A stretch of 61,311 nt of DNA, counting the filler, from Porpidia crustulata (taxonomy: Eukaryota), in NCBI GenBank assembly GCA_964255105.1. It is 15 parts of 15 records of this genome, joined end to end, with 100 filler letters (N's around TTAATTAATTAA, not from the genome) between each part and the next. Parts side by side here need not be neighbours in the genome. Positions count along the whole stretch, not along the records: positions 32,847 to 36,843 come from CAXUWE010002180.1; positions 36,944 to 40,940 come from CAXUWE010002181.1; positions 41,041 to 45,028 come from CAXUWE010002182.1; positions 45,129 to 49,113 come from CAXUWE010002183.1; 11 more parts are not named here. One strand, 5' to 3'. Under the pieces are notes generated by a model. The model was not told the origin of the DNA, made no database searches, and saw nothing but the letters and a program-made list of their open reading frames with translations. Made by a program: the position numbers and the translations under genes. Position 1 is the first letter of the stretch. Each line of letters begins with the position of its first letter. Shown in pieces: positions 36,824-49,213 of the stretch.

Positions 36824-37632
36824 GGGGAGGATATAATTTGTCCNNNNNNNNNNNNNNNNNNNNNNNNNNNNNNNNNNNNNNNNNNNNTTAATTAATTAAN
36901 NNNNNNNNNNNNNNNNNNNNNNNNNNNNNNNNNNNNNNNNNNNGCGCCCCCCAGCAACGCAAAAACCCACCCAGCAGCCAACCATCCCAACCCCTATACC
37001 TTAAAACCTTCACTTTCAGTTCACCATGCCAACACGATCCAAGCACGGGAATCAAGAGCATTGTGCATTGCCATTCGCTGGCTTGAGATGATAACGGGGA
37101 TGGCCAGACGCTCGACTGACTGATAAGACTCGAGGAGAGCGGTATCCATGGTTCTACACTTGATGAACTATCTAGCACGGGAATACACCATCATAAGGCG
37201 ACTACAGTCTCACAGACATTCGGATCATATCACATACGATCTCCTCGATTGAGATATCAAAGGGCAAAAGGGGGGCTATAGAGGCGTCACGAGCGTTGGA
37301 GTAGGTACAGGCACGAACAATGATGCTATCCATCCGGTTTTATTATCCTCAACTAGCCTACGTAACCTATGCAACCTTCCGATTAACCACCGCTGATTTC
37401 GACAATTTGGGGGGGTGTTTGTGCCTAAGATACATATGGAGATTCCCTAGCTTTGAATACGGAAGAACTAAAGTTTTGTCCAAATGAAGGCATGTGCAGA
37501 TTGGATGTGCTGAGACTCGGCTTGACGTTGGAAAAGCACAGTTATTTGGCCCTACGTTGACTGCCAAAAATGACAACGTTAGCTGAAGCTTGTAAAGTGC
37601 GAGGTGATCCATATGTACCTTGACGCACAAAT

Positions 37633-38286
37633 CTATAGCCTAGACCCGTGAATGACCTTGTAGTCAACCGCAAGCTCGCGCCCCCCGTCATTAATAACCA
37701 ACACCCTCACGCTCCCACGCCCATTAGCAAACGAATCGTTGAGTCTTGACCACAATCCGCCTTGATCAATGACCGGAAGACCTTGCTTGACATCTCCAGT
37801 CTCGGTCATGGCGACAACACGACCATCGTCACGGATGTCGAGGACACGGTATTGCTTGAAGACGGGACCGAGCATATTCTGCACGATGACAGAGGGAGAG
37901 GGGTTGGAAACGAAGCTCGATTCTTCATGGAGTTGCTTGGTGAAGAGGTCGACGCCGAGGTAACGATGCTGGCCAGTCTGAGCTGAAGTGGTAATACGAA
38001 TGACCTGGCAAGGACGGCCTTGGAGGATCAACAGGTCGCCAATGCGGATGTGGTGGCAGGGAATGGTGATGGTGTTGGGGCCAATGGGACGATCGATGAA
38101 GCGGACATTCTCACGTACACCTTCGCGCATGCGGGTGGGGCCACGATCTTCCTCGCTGATGACGACCTCCTCGTGGTCGTGGCGGTGGTGATGACCACCG
38201 TGGAAGGGATGCATCACGCGGTCGGCGGCTTTCTCAATACCGTGGCGGAAGGAGTGGTAACGGCCGTCGTCGTCGTAGTAACCCAT
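37633..38286 (-). CDS. hex1: Woronin body major protein HEX-1 (canonical AUG form, 217 aa)
   Basis: MGYYDDDG start, His-rich segment, eIF5A-like fold TITIPCHHIRIGDLLILQGRPCQVIRI...GVDLFTKQLHEESS, C-terminal PTS1 -SRL. Confidence 0.97.
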   Translation of the reverse strand: MGYYDDDGRYHSFRHGIEKAADRVMHPFHGGHHHRHDHEEVVISEEDRGPTRMREGVRENVRFIDRPIGPNTITIPCHHIRIGDLLILQGRPCQVIRITTSAQTGQHRYLGVDLFTKQLHEESSFVSNPSPSVIVQNMLGPVFKQYRVLDIRDDGRVVAMTETGDVKQGLPVIDQGGLWSRLNDSFANGRGSVRVLVINDGGRELAVDYKVIHGSRL

Positions 38287-38978
38287 GTTGGAGCGGCTTG
38301 GAGGATCAACGGTAGTCTCGGCTTCGATTTTGATATCTTCCTTATGAGACTCGGGGCGGCGACGCTCGTATTCAACGTCGTAGGTTGGCTGGACGCGACG
38401 ACGGTAATCACGCTCTGTAATATCGATTTCCTCTTCGTAACGAGGGACTTCGACGTCGATTTTTGTTTCTGTGCGGCGTTGATAACCTGGTTCGCGGTAG
38501 CTGTTGTGGGAAGAAATGTCAGTGGACGTTGGCTTGAGCTTAATTGAAAATTTCGTACGATTTTGCAGGGGGCTCGTTGGAAAGGGGGACAATCGATAAG
38601 ACTGGGCTGAACTTACCGTTCTCTGGAAAGCTCTACTTCTGGGAAGTGGTCTCTGTGGTGATGGTGATCTTTGTGGTGGTGATGGCGATCTTCCTCTTCG
38701 TAGACTGTTACCTCTTCTTTGCTGCGCGGACGGCGATTACGATCCTCTTCGTAAATGATCTCTTCCTTTTCGTAGCGAGTACGATCTTTACCGTGAGGAA
38801 GAGATGCGGAGAATGAGGAGATCCGACTTTCGTGACCTTCCCGTCCGTCGCGCGAAGCTCCTGAAGGAAGTTGGGCCTCTCCTTCTACTCTGACGCGAGT
38901 AGTCTCTGTGGCAGCGTCGCTCCGGTACGACGACGGGAAGACACTGAAAGGGATCGGGACTCTGGCGTCAAAGTCCAG
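38287..38978 (-). CDS. hex1: Putative N-terminal extension of HEX-1 (long isoform, candidate CUG start)
   Basis: Exon 38978-38617 (LDFDARVPIPFSVFPSSYRSDA...), intron 38616-38501 (GTAAGT...CTGAC...CAG), exon 38500-38287 in frame with MGYY; 192 codons with no stop and no ATG. Confidence 0.7.
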
Positions 38979-41414
38979 GATGACGGGTATGGAGGGAGTC
39001 TTTCTCGAATGCCTCTCGAACCGTTAGGCTAACAATTCGAAAGGAAGACAAGAAATGACTCTTCTTGTAGCGGAGGAGTGAGGTGAGAGAGAGAGAAGGT
39101 GAAGGGTGACGAGTTGCCAGCAACACACTTCAATCGCTCAGTCTTGTTGACGTTAGAGATTCAATCGTACAGTAATTCAAGGGGAATTGAGCTATGCAAG
39201 ATGATCTTGTGACGATCTTGTTGTAAACAACGACAATTGATGATTGGAGTGGTTGTGAGGAAGAAGTGGGAGAGAGTTGATTCCGCGTTTGTTACGACTA
39301 ACCAACTTAGCGTTGTATTTGTTTTTCCACCAAGTCGCCCCGGCAACAGCTGCCTTTAACCATGGATCACCAAGTACACCAGGAGTCGACTAGACTGGTG
39401 GACCACGGTGCTATATGATAATTCCTAGGGAATATAAGGCGGTAGTATGCCGTAACAATACATCAATTACTCTCCTCTTTTTCGGCCGTTCAGCTGGCTC
39501 CTTTGATGTTTGGAAATTTTTAGGTATCAAGGTAGCTAGGACTTCGTGGACAGTAGGTCGTGGCTCTCATCCATTGGCCTATAGCTGAGTCGATGCAGCC
39601 TTCCATTCTTTGGTTGATCCATGCTCAACAGTAGGGAGCTTACCATTGGGTGAGCCATGCAGAATGTGGCTTTGAGCTTATGTATTCGCAATCACATTTG
39701 CGATTACTCTTGGGGTTCACTCCCCATCCGCCTTAAAGCTGTCTAGTCTCCCCAATCTTGCATATAACGCTTCGTGGCGTTATGTTTTTCCTGATATCTC
39801 GTCAGAGTAAGTCTCTGCTCAGGATATATATAAAGACTACTTCAAATCCACACAATACGGGCGACTGCCATGCTTTTGTCTCCTACGTTGGACAGTAATG
39901 GGCCTTTTTGTAAAGGTAACTCCAATACAAAGTGTAAAAGTATACGCATTTAACCAATCCCTCATGACTATATTTTGGTCATTATCAAACAATACAGCCT
40001 CGATGTTCGAAAGCTCGAGCCTTAAGATTATGGCGGTCAGGAGCTGACAGACAATTACCAATTGCCGCTACAGTTCATAGCTCGCTACGATGACATCCAC
40101 AATTCGTGTTTCTTTGTATGCGCATAGGGCTATTGTGGAGACCTACTTGAAATCAAGTCTCCCGGCTCCGGAAAATTTCAGCTACTTTGCACCGTTTTGA
40201 GGCAGTTATACATAGTATAGGCAACTGCGCCGAATACATGGAGTTATCGGCTGGCGGCAAACGCTTGCTCAGCATAAATGCCTTCTGTTACGTTCAGACC
40301 TTCCCCAACATCCCCAGCAGCCCACCGGATCAAGGTGGTGCCGAGCCNNNNNNNNNNGGGTTGATGAGGGTTGACGGAGAGTTGATTTGTTGACACATCA
40401 GGTATGAAATTGATGACTTTGATGTTGTTATTAGAAGGAGACTATTTAGGGGATAAGAAGGAAAAGGGTCTGGGAAACCTCTGCTGACGTCCTCAGTCCC
40501 AATCAAACCCCCTAATTCCAAAATGATGAAGATCAATGAAGGTTGATGGAGGATTGATGAAGGGTTTAATTAGAGAAAGAAAGGATTCTTGGGGGAGAGT
40601 TCGCAAGGGTTAGGGAAGTGTAGAATTTCCGGAAAGAACGGGAGAGGGTATTCTTGGAGAGAGGGTAATTCACAAGGGAAAGGGGTGGGGTTTGTAGGGA
40701 AAAAAGTAAAAAGAGATCTGTTCAAGATTGAAGAGTTTTAAGATTCTTCGTTTCATGAACGTCATACAAGACTTAGAACTCTAGCAAAAGTTTGTCGATC
40801 TTCATTCTTCTTACTTTTTGCATAATGTTCTTCTAGCAGTAACAGCATTCATGCTAATTCTACGTATAATCTGGAAACAAGATTCTTGTTGAACAGGCAG
40901 GGTGACTGTCGTAGTATTGCTACTGAATTACGTACAGAACNNNNNNNNNNNNNNNNNNNNNNNNNNNNNNNNNNNNNNNNNNNNTTAATTAATTAANNNN
41001 NNNNNNNNNNNNNNNNNNNNNNNNNNNNNNNNNNNNNNNNGGGCTATGGGTATCGATTAGCCGGATGAGCGCGATTTCCTCGAAGGAGCGGGGCGGGATT
41101 TCTTGGTAGTTGCGGTGGAGGGGGATATGTGGGATGGAGAGGCTTCTGTTATTGCGAATTAGATTGAGCTTTTAAGTGTTATCTTCGGATTATCACGTAC
41201 GATTGAAGCGTTAGATGAAAGCTGGCGGTAGCTTGGTATTGAGAAGATTCGTGCTTGGGTTTGTCATGACGAATGGAGTGAGTTTTTTATTTCGTAGGAG
41301 CTGCACATACGCCAGGCATCCTGGCTTGATCTCAATCAATTCCAATGGGTAAGTAAAGCATCGACCGTATTGGTGTCATTTCGTGGGAAAGTTCTATAGC
41401 ATATACATATCGAA

Positions 41415-44227
41415 TCACGGCCAAAGTTAGTCCAGATCCCACCATTCCGCACCCAATTCAAAGTCGATGTTATCGAAATCGGTGTTGCCATTGGATAGCT
41501 AGTGGAATTTGTTTTTTGATTAATCAAAAGTGTACATTACAAGGTTATATGACACCGCATGTATGAGTGGACGTTGTGATGGTGCTGGGAAAAATTGGAT
41601 GGAAAGAGTGGGCGGGGACTTACGAATCCGTTGGTGTTGAAGGTGGTGGCGGTATGGCTTGGGAGGGGGAAGTTATTTCGAGAGGGTAGGCCGTCGGGTG
41701 GAATGTTGGAGTATTGGGTGGTTGTTCGCCTATCGTCAGCTATTGGGTGACCAGAGGAACGCAAAGTCTGAATATATATGATCAGCTGATGTTTTTGAGA
41801 TTCGCGGTTTGGCTTCCTTACATTATTACGGAACTACCCAGTTTGTCCCTGATATTCGCATCATCCTGGAGCCTCTGTCTACATTCCTTGATAATACTGA
41901 CGACTCCCACGCGCATCAACTCTTCTTTGTTTATTGTGGGATTGTTCGTCCTGATGGATTGTAAGATGATGGTAATGCACACTGGATCTTTCAAATCACT
42001 CCCTGGCTTGGCGATTCGACTTGCTAGGCTGCAAATGGTGTTTTCAATGCTTCTTGTCAAGCTAGCTTTCGACGATGTCGAGGTCGTTTCCAGGGGGTTG
42101 ACTTGAATAATCTGGTTGTTTTGCGTCTCTCCGCCTTCGCTAGATCCGATTTCATTATTTGAGGATGAGGAAGGTTGAGTCATTGCCATGATTTCCATAC
42201 ATAAACTGATTGCTGCTTGCACGATATCAGTTTTGCAAAAGGTATAAAATAGATCCCAGTATCTTTCGGACTTGATGATGTTGAGGTCCGCTACGTGTGG
42301 GTCAAAGGCGTCCTGATGTGAGAGCATAATCCGAGATGAATGGATGCAAGCATTTCGAGCCTCGTGAGAGCCCAACAAGGCAAGCTGCCGGTAGATGGAT
42401 AATGGAATTCGACGGCGGTACACATCGAGCAGAATCCGACCCAGAAGACGTCCAGGTCCATCGCTGTCACTGGCCGATGGTTTGTGGCATTTTATCTGTA
42501 GAATGTCTGGTATTTGTCGCACATCCTCCTCAATTTTCTTGCAATTCTTCAGTGTCTGGTCATAGCCAGATCCGATCCTACTGTTGTTGAAAGTGGCGAT
42601 TGTATCCAATCTCGACGGAAGAGATTTGGCTAAGATGATCTGGCATGCGGAGTCTGTCCACTCCTCGGATGGCCGGTTTGGGGGAAGCTTGGTCATGCCT
42701 TCGAAAAGGTCTATATCGTTGACATTGGCTGGGACACACCAGTCAACATTGACTCCTCGAATCATACATGGCATTCCACATGTCATTGAGATCTGGAGGT
42801 CCATTTCGGCTATTGTCATCCAAAGCCTTTTCCTCTGCTCCGACTCAAAGACACTAAGACTAGGGGACTCCGCAGGATCCCGATGTAGTCCGATATTCAT
42901 TGCAGATCTGACCAAAGCTCCACTCTCACTCCACGTCTCTTCCGCTGGCTCAAGGCTGATCTGGTGAGCGAGCAGGAGCAGGGTCTGCGTACGTATGGTG
43001 GAAAGTTTCATTCGATTCTTTCCGTGCAGATTCTCTAACCAATGTCTGACCAGCCCACAAGCCTTTGATGTATCAAAGTAGTTCTCGGGATTCTCACTAT
43101 CCATGGCGATAGGATCATATAGACTGGACGCAATTGCCATTATAAGGCACATTTGGGGCAGTAAGGGATCAGCGCGAACATTTGAACCATCTTTCTGAGC
43201 TGCCAAAAATAGCTTGTAGTCTTCAAGAAACGTTGGAAAATGGAGAATTCTCGATGTATGTTCGAAGTTATCAATATAAAGTCTCACAAGTCTATCGCAA
43301 ACCACCCTTGTAGGAATCATCCTAAGCATTTCATTAAGAGCAAAAGAATTACCAAGGGAGTCATTGTGCCTGTGATTTAGATCTTTCTTTAGTACAGCCT
43401 TCCGTATTGACTCGCAATCTTTCACCATAGCAGCCATTTTGGTTCCTCCGAAAACTTTTGAAGGAAACCTTTCGCCTCACCGAACTGCATCACTCAGCAT
43501 AGTGCTGAAATTTGCATTTGTCAAGCGATGAACTCACCTCACTAAAGCCCTCTTTTGATTCTGGCCATGGAACCGTGACCTTGATCCTTTCACATTCAAT
43601 ATACCAAGATTGGCGGGAGTATCTACTCCTTGCTTGGGCAAGATACTAACATTTCTGGATTCTATCGTAGGACCGCATGACTGGATGGCTAGCAAATGTT
43701 CAAGCCTATGAACCCGATCTTCGAGATTTTCAATGAGCTTTTTATTGTCGACATCCGTCACTTTTGGGGGTAGGAGACGCTTCCGCTGATGATATGAGCG
43801 AATTCCGGACATCTGGAAAATCTGTCATTCTATGAACCTTCCTCCGTTGCTGCTCACCCTCCAGCCCTAGATATTCGCTTGCTCCGGCTCAGGTAGTCCT
43901 CTCATCTTTGCTGTTGTAACTGCATTCTATGGAATGCCTACTTCTACTACATTGTTGACATGGCAAAAGCCGATCGCACTTGAGCTTTTTCCTCCTACAT
44001 TGACTACAAGATAGCGCCAAACGCGGGCGTTTAGGCGAAACTCGACGCATGCCATTTTCCGTCTCAATCCTTCTGCTGGGGATTGCTGTGTTTGGTCGAG
44101 CAGTCGTTAAATCATATTAGTTTGGCAGCAGCTCTGTTGAACAGACGCCACTAGGTTTTAAATCCGTTAAAGGATCATCTTTATGTTGCACCTCTTTTAG
44201 AACAGCACTGTCGGGCTGACGTTCCAT
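41415..44227 (-). pseudogene. Zn(II)2Cys6 transcription factor with disrupted 5' half
   Basis: Zn cluster CSQCRRKKLKCDRLLPCQQC...C at about 43920-44010; in-frame TAA 44117-44119 and TGA 43889-43891; apparent frameshifts near 43765 and 43438; intact 539-aa fungal TF middle region (GLHRDP...EQRKRLW) at 41818-43437. Confidence 0.7.
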
Positions 44228-45128
44228 GATAAACAGTCCTCGCTTCCAATCTTTGCCTAAGTGCCTTGAGAAGCGAATGACTATTGGACGTGGTCAGAAG
44301 TATTAGATACATAGCCTGATAGCCACCGAAACCCTTGAGACGCGCTAGACGCGTCGCTAGAGGAGGGTGGCACTGTGGTAGGGTGCCAGTGTGCCTTGAG
44401 CATCAATGGTGTGGTTCTGAACAGTCGCGGATTTTCAGTTTCAATCGTCTGCCAAAGGCGTACCTTGTACTCGACACATGGTTCCTCGGACTGTTCATCG
44501 TTGATAAAATAATCAGCCCAATGTCCGTCGATGCGACTTTCACCCGCCGCCTCCCGAAGATAGAGGTCAGTCGACCACGCCATTGTTACACGCCTCTACC
44601 AAGCATATCATTTCCCCGAATGGACCCCTGATGAGCCATTGGCATGAGCTGACAACCAATTCTACAAGCTGCATGCCCACCTCAGTGGAAGCATAAGCCG
44701 AGAATGCCTTCACGAGATTTGGGAGCAAAGGAAGGCCGAAGAGCCAGAATTGAGTTTGGAAGATCCGCTCGTTGCGATGCCCAGGGGCAAAGTTGACTAT
44801 GATATTAAGACGTATGATGAATTTCGCTGCTCGTGAATGGAGTTTTGCATCGCGACCAATTTCCTGAGCTTTACCATGACCTCAGCTCCTTACTAAGATC
44901 ATCTTCTCGTGTCTTAGATTCTAGCTTTCTACTCTTCGAACATGTTTTTACTCGATTCCCTCCATCAACACGCTCTTTCACCACACGAGATACTTTCCTT
45001 CCTTCTGACCCCCCCCCCACCAGATTCTNNNNNNNNNNNNNNNNNNNNNNNNNNNNNNNNNNNNNNNNNNNNTTAATTAATTAANNNNNNNNNNNNNNNN
45101 NNNNNNNNNNNNNNNNNNNNNNNNNNNN

Positions 45129-45900
45129 GGCAGCGGCAGTACGAAAATGATGAAATCTGAAGCTATATTCATGGACCCGTATGCGATGCCTGCTTCTGTG
45201 TAGCCGATGCAGTGACCCGGGGTGTTAGGATTCCAGTATTTGGAGCGCGGCGAGCAGCCGAAGATTTGAGTCCAAAAGTTGCTAAGGAGGTATCCACTGA
45301 CAAAGAACATTATCACCCATGTGAAGTATCGAAATGTCTTGTTGACGGCAAATAGACGGAGGTAAAGTACGAGAATGGACATTTTGTAACCCAGCAAGCT
45401 GATGAGGTAGATCAAATCGGCGTCATTGATCCACTGTAGTGGTATCATTTCGCTAAGCAAGAACCGAGGCCAGAGTTCGAGGATGTCTTGCTTACTTTCA
45501 AAAAAGCTGAGTTATGGTCCGGAACTATGTTTCGATCTGTAGCTGTCGTTCGTTGAGTAATTATGACTGCATTAGCGAGTCCCTCGTCCATGGCTTACAC
45601 AACCCTATGAGGACACTATATGCTATGCAGAAAAACTATTGCAAGATTAGTGGATATACAGGAGGGCGAAGAGCAACGGAAGATGTAATACCAGCGTGAT
45701 AGTAGCTATATCTAGTCTTCATAAGCTCATAGCCATCAAGGAAGAAGTTATAGCTAACAATCATCCCAACCTAGTGAGCGAAGAACATATATTCGAAGCA
45801 ATATGCGAAGCAGAATGAATATAGTTGAGATGGTAGGTAGTACGACGCATGCTGCCACAATGATAGAATCTCGACTCGATGCGCCAATTTCCACTGTCAT
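45129..45900 (-). CDS. PTH11-like integral membrane protein, 3' partial
   Basis: ILLRILLRIYVLRSLGWDD, GYKMSILVLYLRLF, IFGCSPRSKYW...GHC, NIASDFIIFVLPL; multiple introns. Confidence 0.82.
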
Positions 45901-47130
45901 TCTCAATTCACAGGGCAATACATTTGGCAAAGTCAAACGGGGAATCATTATTGAAGAAGCATTTTCTTTGATACATCAGTTTATCAATGACTGGGTATTG
46001 CATGAGGTACAGAGAAGCAGGTTCGCCTAGTGACACCATGTTGACAAGGCTGTAGGTAGCTCTTGAGTTGAGCATACTGAAAGCCAGCTTGTCGTTGTAC
46101 AGCGTCCAATGATTTCGCATGGGCTTCAGCTGAAAAATTAAGGATTCGGATTCGGGTAATCACCGTCGTGTAACCGTTGAAGATACGACACTGTCTATAA
46201 GAAAACACAAGATTCAGACTCGAAAACGGCTTGGGTTGGTTAACAGACGAGTACGTGCATGCTGTGGAAGGTCACATAATGTACGCTGCATGCACCAAAC
46301 GTCATGCATAGGTCAAGAAAGGAAGTCCGACAAGACCTATCTAGCTTGTTGCGGGCGGGAGGGGGCCGATGCGCGCGTACCCGTCCATACTCCACAAACC
46401 TTTTCAGCCTTGCCCTCATTGAAACCTCTTACGTTCTACTCTCTTCAGCTCAGCTCAGCTCTCATGGCGCTATTTGTAACCCCTGAACTGACTCTTTGGC
46501 CCCAAGGCTGATGAGCGAGACAGAGTTGCAAAAAGCCTTGCAGTTTTTGCACTGGCGAATCATCTTGCCTGATTGCCTTGTAACTTGGAATCTTGGAATC
46601 AGACGATCCCAATTATTTTTGCGGCGAAGATGCAGCAACATGTATATGATCAATGAGGGACTGTTGAGCAACAGTCGATGGACAAATTTCAAAAGTGAAA
46701 GCCTGTGAATAATGAGAACAACTGCGGCCCTAGGCTGTGGCTGGCTGGTCGACGACCCGGATCGCACAGATTTGTGCAAAAGGGGGCGGTCCATCTGCCT
46801 TTCCATCGATGACTCGCATTGCCGAAGCCCATGGGGTGCTAGAATACGGGGGCAGTTCTTGTACGCGTGATATGTTTTGAGGCTCACAGGCTGTAGAATG
46901 GTGGCCCTTGGAGCTAGCCGAGAGGGAACGTTTACCTAATCCTAGCGTGCCTAACACGCGTGGCCACTACGCCTAGCCACCCCTATGGTTACCTAGGTAT
47001 CTAGCAGGGTGCCTACCTAGTGACTTTTTGGCTAGCTTTAGGTACCCTATCGCTCCTATTACCCTACGCGCCTATCCACCAGTAAGCCAAACCCCAGCAT
47101 GTGAAAGACAGCAACTGGCGTAGGAATAAT

Positions 47131-49010
47131 ATGGCAGATCCCAACATCTGGTGTCACCTCCCTTTCGTCCTACTACCCTTGATAATTGAAAATACAGCGG
47201 ACCCTGAAACGCTTCGACAATGGTGTACTGCTACGAAGCAGGCAGAATCCACGCTGTTGCATCGTGTTGCACTTCGGGAAACATACAGAAAGTTTACTGT
47301 GAATAAGAAAGGGTTTCTAAGCGCCTTCAATTCATGTTGTCACCGCGGTGTGTCACCTGATTCTTGTGGGGGCGAGTCATATGCCGGTCAGTCCCTTGTC
47401 AGTCATTCTTACAAGAGTTTGAATTCTAGCCGCCGGAATGTACAAAACTACCGCGAGATTAGTCAATACATCAAAACGTTAGTATTGGACTTTTATTTCA
47501 CAGGCGTTGAATATCGAGATGGGCTGGTTGCCATTGAGGATGTCCAGCTTACACTGGAAACCCTGCTACTTCATACATCGGTCGAGGAGATTGAGCATGA
47601 TGGCAATATGTATAGTCTCTGGCTTGATCAAATAGTCAAATTATCAAGTTTGCGAGTATTGAAAATACGCGACACTCCTTGCACAGTACCATGTACTTGG
47701 GACGGCGATGCGCTGCGGGGAACTGGATGGCATACCAAGCTCAAGTGGGATGGATTATGCCAAATGAGGTCTCTCAGGGCGCTGTATGTATCTCAGCTTC
47801 TAGTCTCCGAAGCTTCAGACTTGGCACATGCCATCCGGCTGCTGGCTGGCCTAGAAGAATTATATGTTGGGGCCTCAAATACGCAGAAAGAAGACGACAC
47901 TTTGCCACTTTTTGTCGAATCATTTCTTGAAGCAAATAATGTTGCTTCTCCTAGGTCGTCGTTAAAGCGCCTTTCATTAGTTGATATCAAACACTCGTGA
48001 GCCCTTCAACCCTGCTTACCATTTTTCGTGATTGGCAGTGACCGGTCTACAGGGCAATACTTGACAGCGAAAGATTTACGACGTTGGAAGAACTCCCCAA
48101 GCTGCAATATCTGTACTTTAGCCTCCCCACGAGCGGATTCTTCACTCTTGACTTTCTTGAAACCGTCAATCCCGATAATCTCACTGACCTCACGCTCTCT
48201 ATATCCCCAATGTCGAACAACAATCCGCGCTGGAGAAAGCTGCAAGATGTGCTGACACGACATCGTGCGACATTGAGAACCCTCATGTTCTTAAATGCAC
48301 GGGAGATTCTAATTGATCACGTTCGAGACCTCTCCGCTACTTTGGTCTCATTCATGCATCCACGACAGCTCTATCTCGCGGGCTCTCCGTACTCAACTCC
48401 ATGGTGCGATGAGGAAACCAAACTTCAACAGCGGCAGCTCACAGCTCAAATCTTTGGCACAGCCTCCTCGCGGCTGACTTGGGGCTCTGGTATCAAACAT
48501 GTAAATATTGACCAAGTCAACCTTCAAGAGCTTTCAATCAATGCGATTGACCCTCTCAAGTTCAAGCTTGAACATCTCAAAATCATAATCCTCCGACCAA
48601 CGGCCGAACAACTATTCAACCCCCTGATCAACAGAGGCTATCGCTCCTTACCCTCTCCTCTCGAACCTTTTGGACCGGATCTTCCGGACGATATGAGCAC
48701 GGTGAGAGAAAGTCAGATCGCCGAAGAGATTGCCCATCAAGATCTCCAAGCTTTACGCATCGTCGTGGTCGGCCGGTATAGATACTGGGTGCAGCGACCA
48801 AAACCTGACAGGAATGATCGGAAAATCTGGTTTCTGCGCCGCGCGCTGGAGGATCCCGAGCAAGAAGCTGAGATTCTGCATACGATGGATAGAGATGACT
48901 GGGAGTTTTTGGCCGACAGATTCGTTGGCTTGGCTGAAGATGCGACGATTGAAAAGATACATCATGCAAATAGGGTGGTATATCGGAATGTGGATTTTTA
49001 TCCTACGTGA
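47131..49010 (+). CDS. Hypothetical protein with F-box-like N-terminus and LRR-like (RNI-like) body
   Basis: WCHLPFVLLPLIIEN...TLRQWC; repeats such as LSSLRVLKI, LRALYVS, LEELYVG, LKRLSL, LPKLQYLYF; two ORFs joined in phase by intron 47997-48051. Confidence 0.7.
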
Positions 49011-49213
49011 CTTCATGGCTATATACAGAGGACTTGTTGTGATGTACTAGCAGGGACCAGGGCGCTTAGGAATCAACTCTGCTTGCAAGTGAGATGTCAA
49101 CAACCATCAATTCNNNNNNNNNNNNNNNNNNNNNNNNNNNNNNNNNNNNNNNNNNNNTTAATTAATTAANNNNNNNNNNNNNNNNNNNNNNNNNNNNNNN
49201 NNNNNNNNNNNNN

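Noticed and set aside
40348..40940. Purine-skewed segment after an internal 10-N gap
   Set aside because: Could be a repeat relic or scaffold join, but no transposase or RT motif or terminal repeat is visible.
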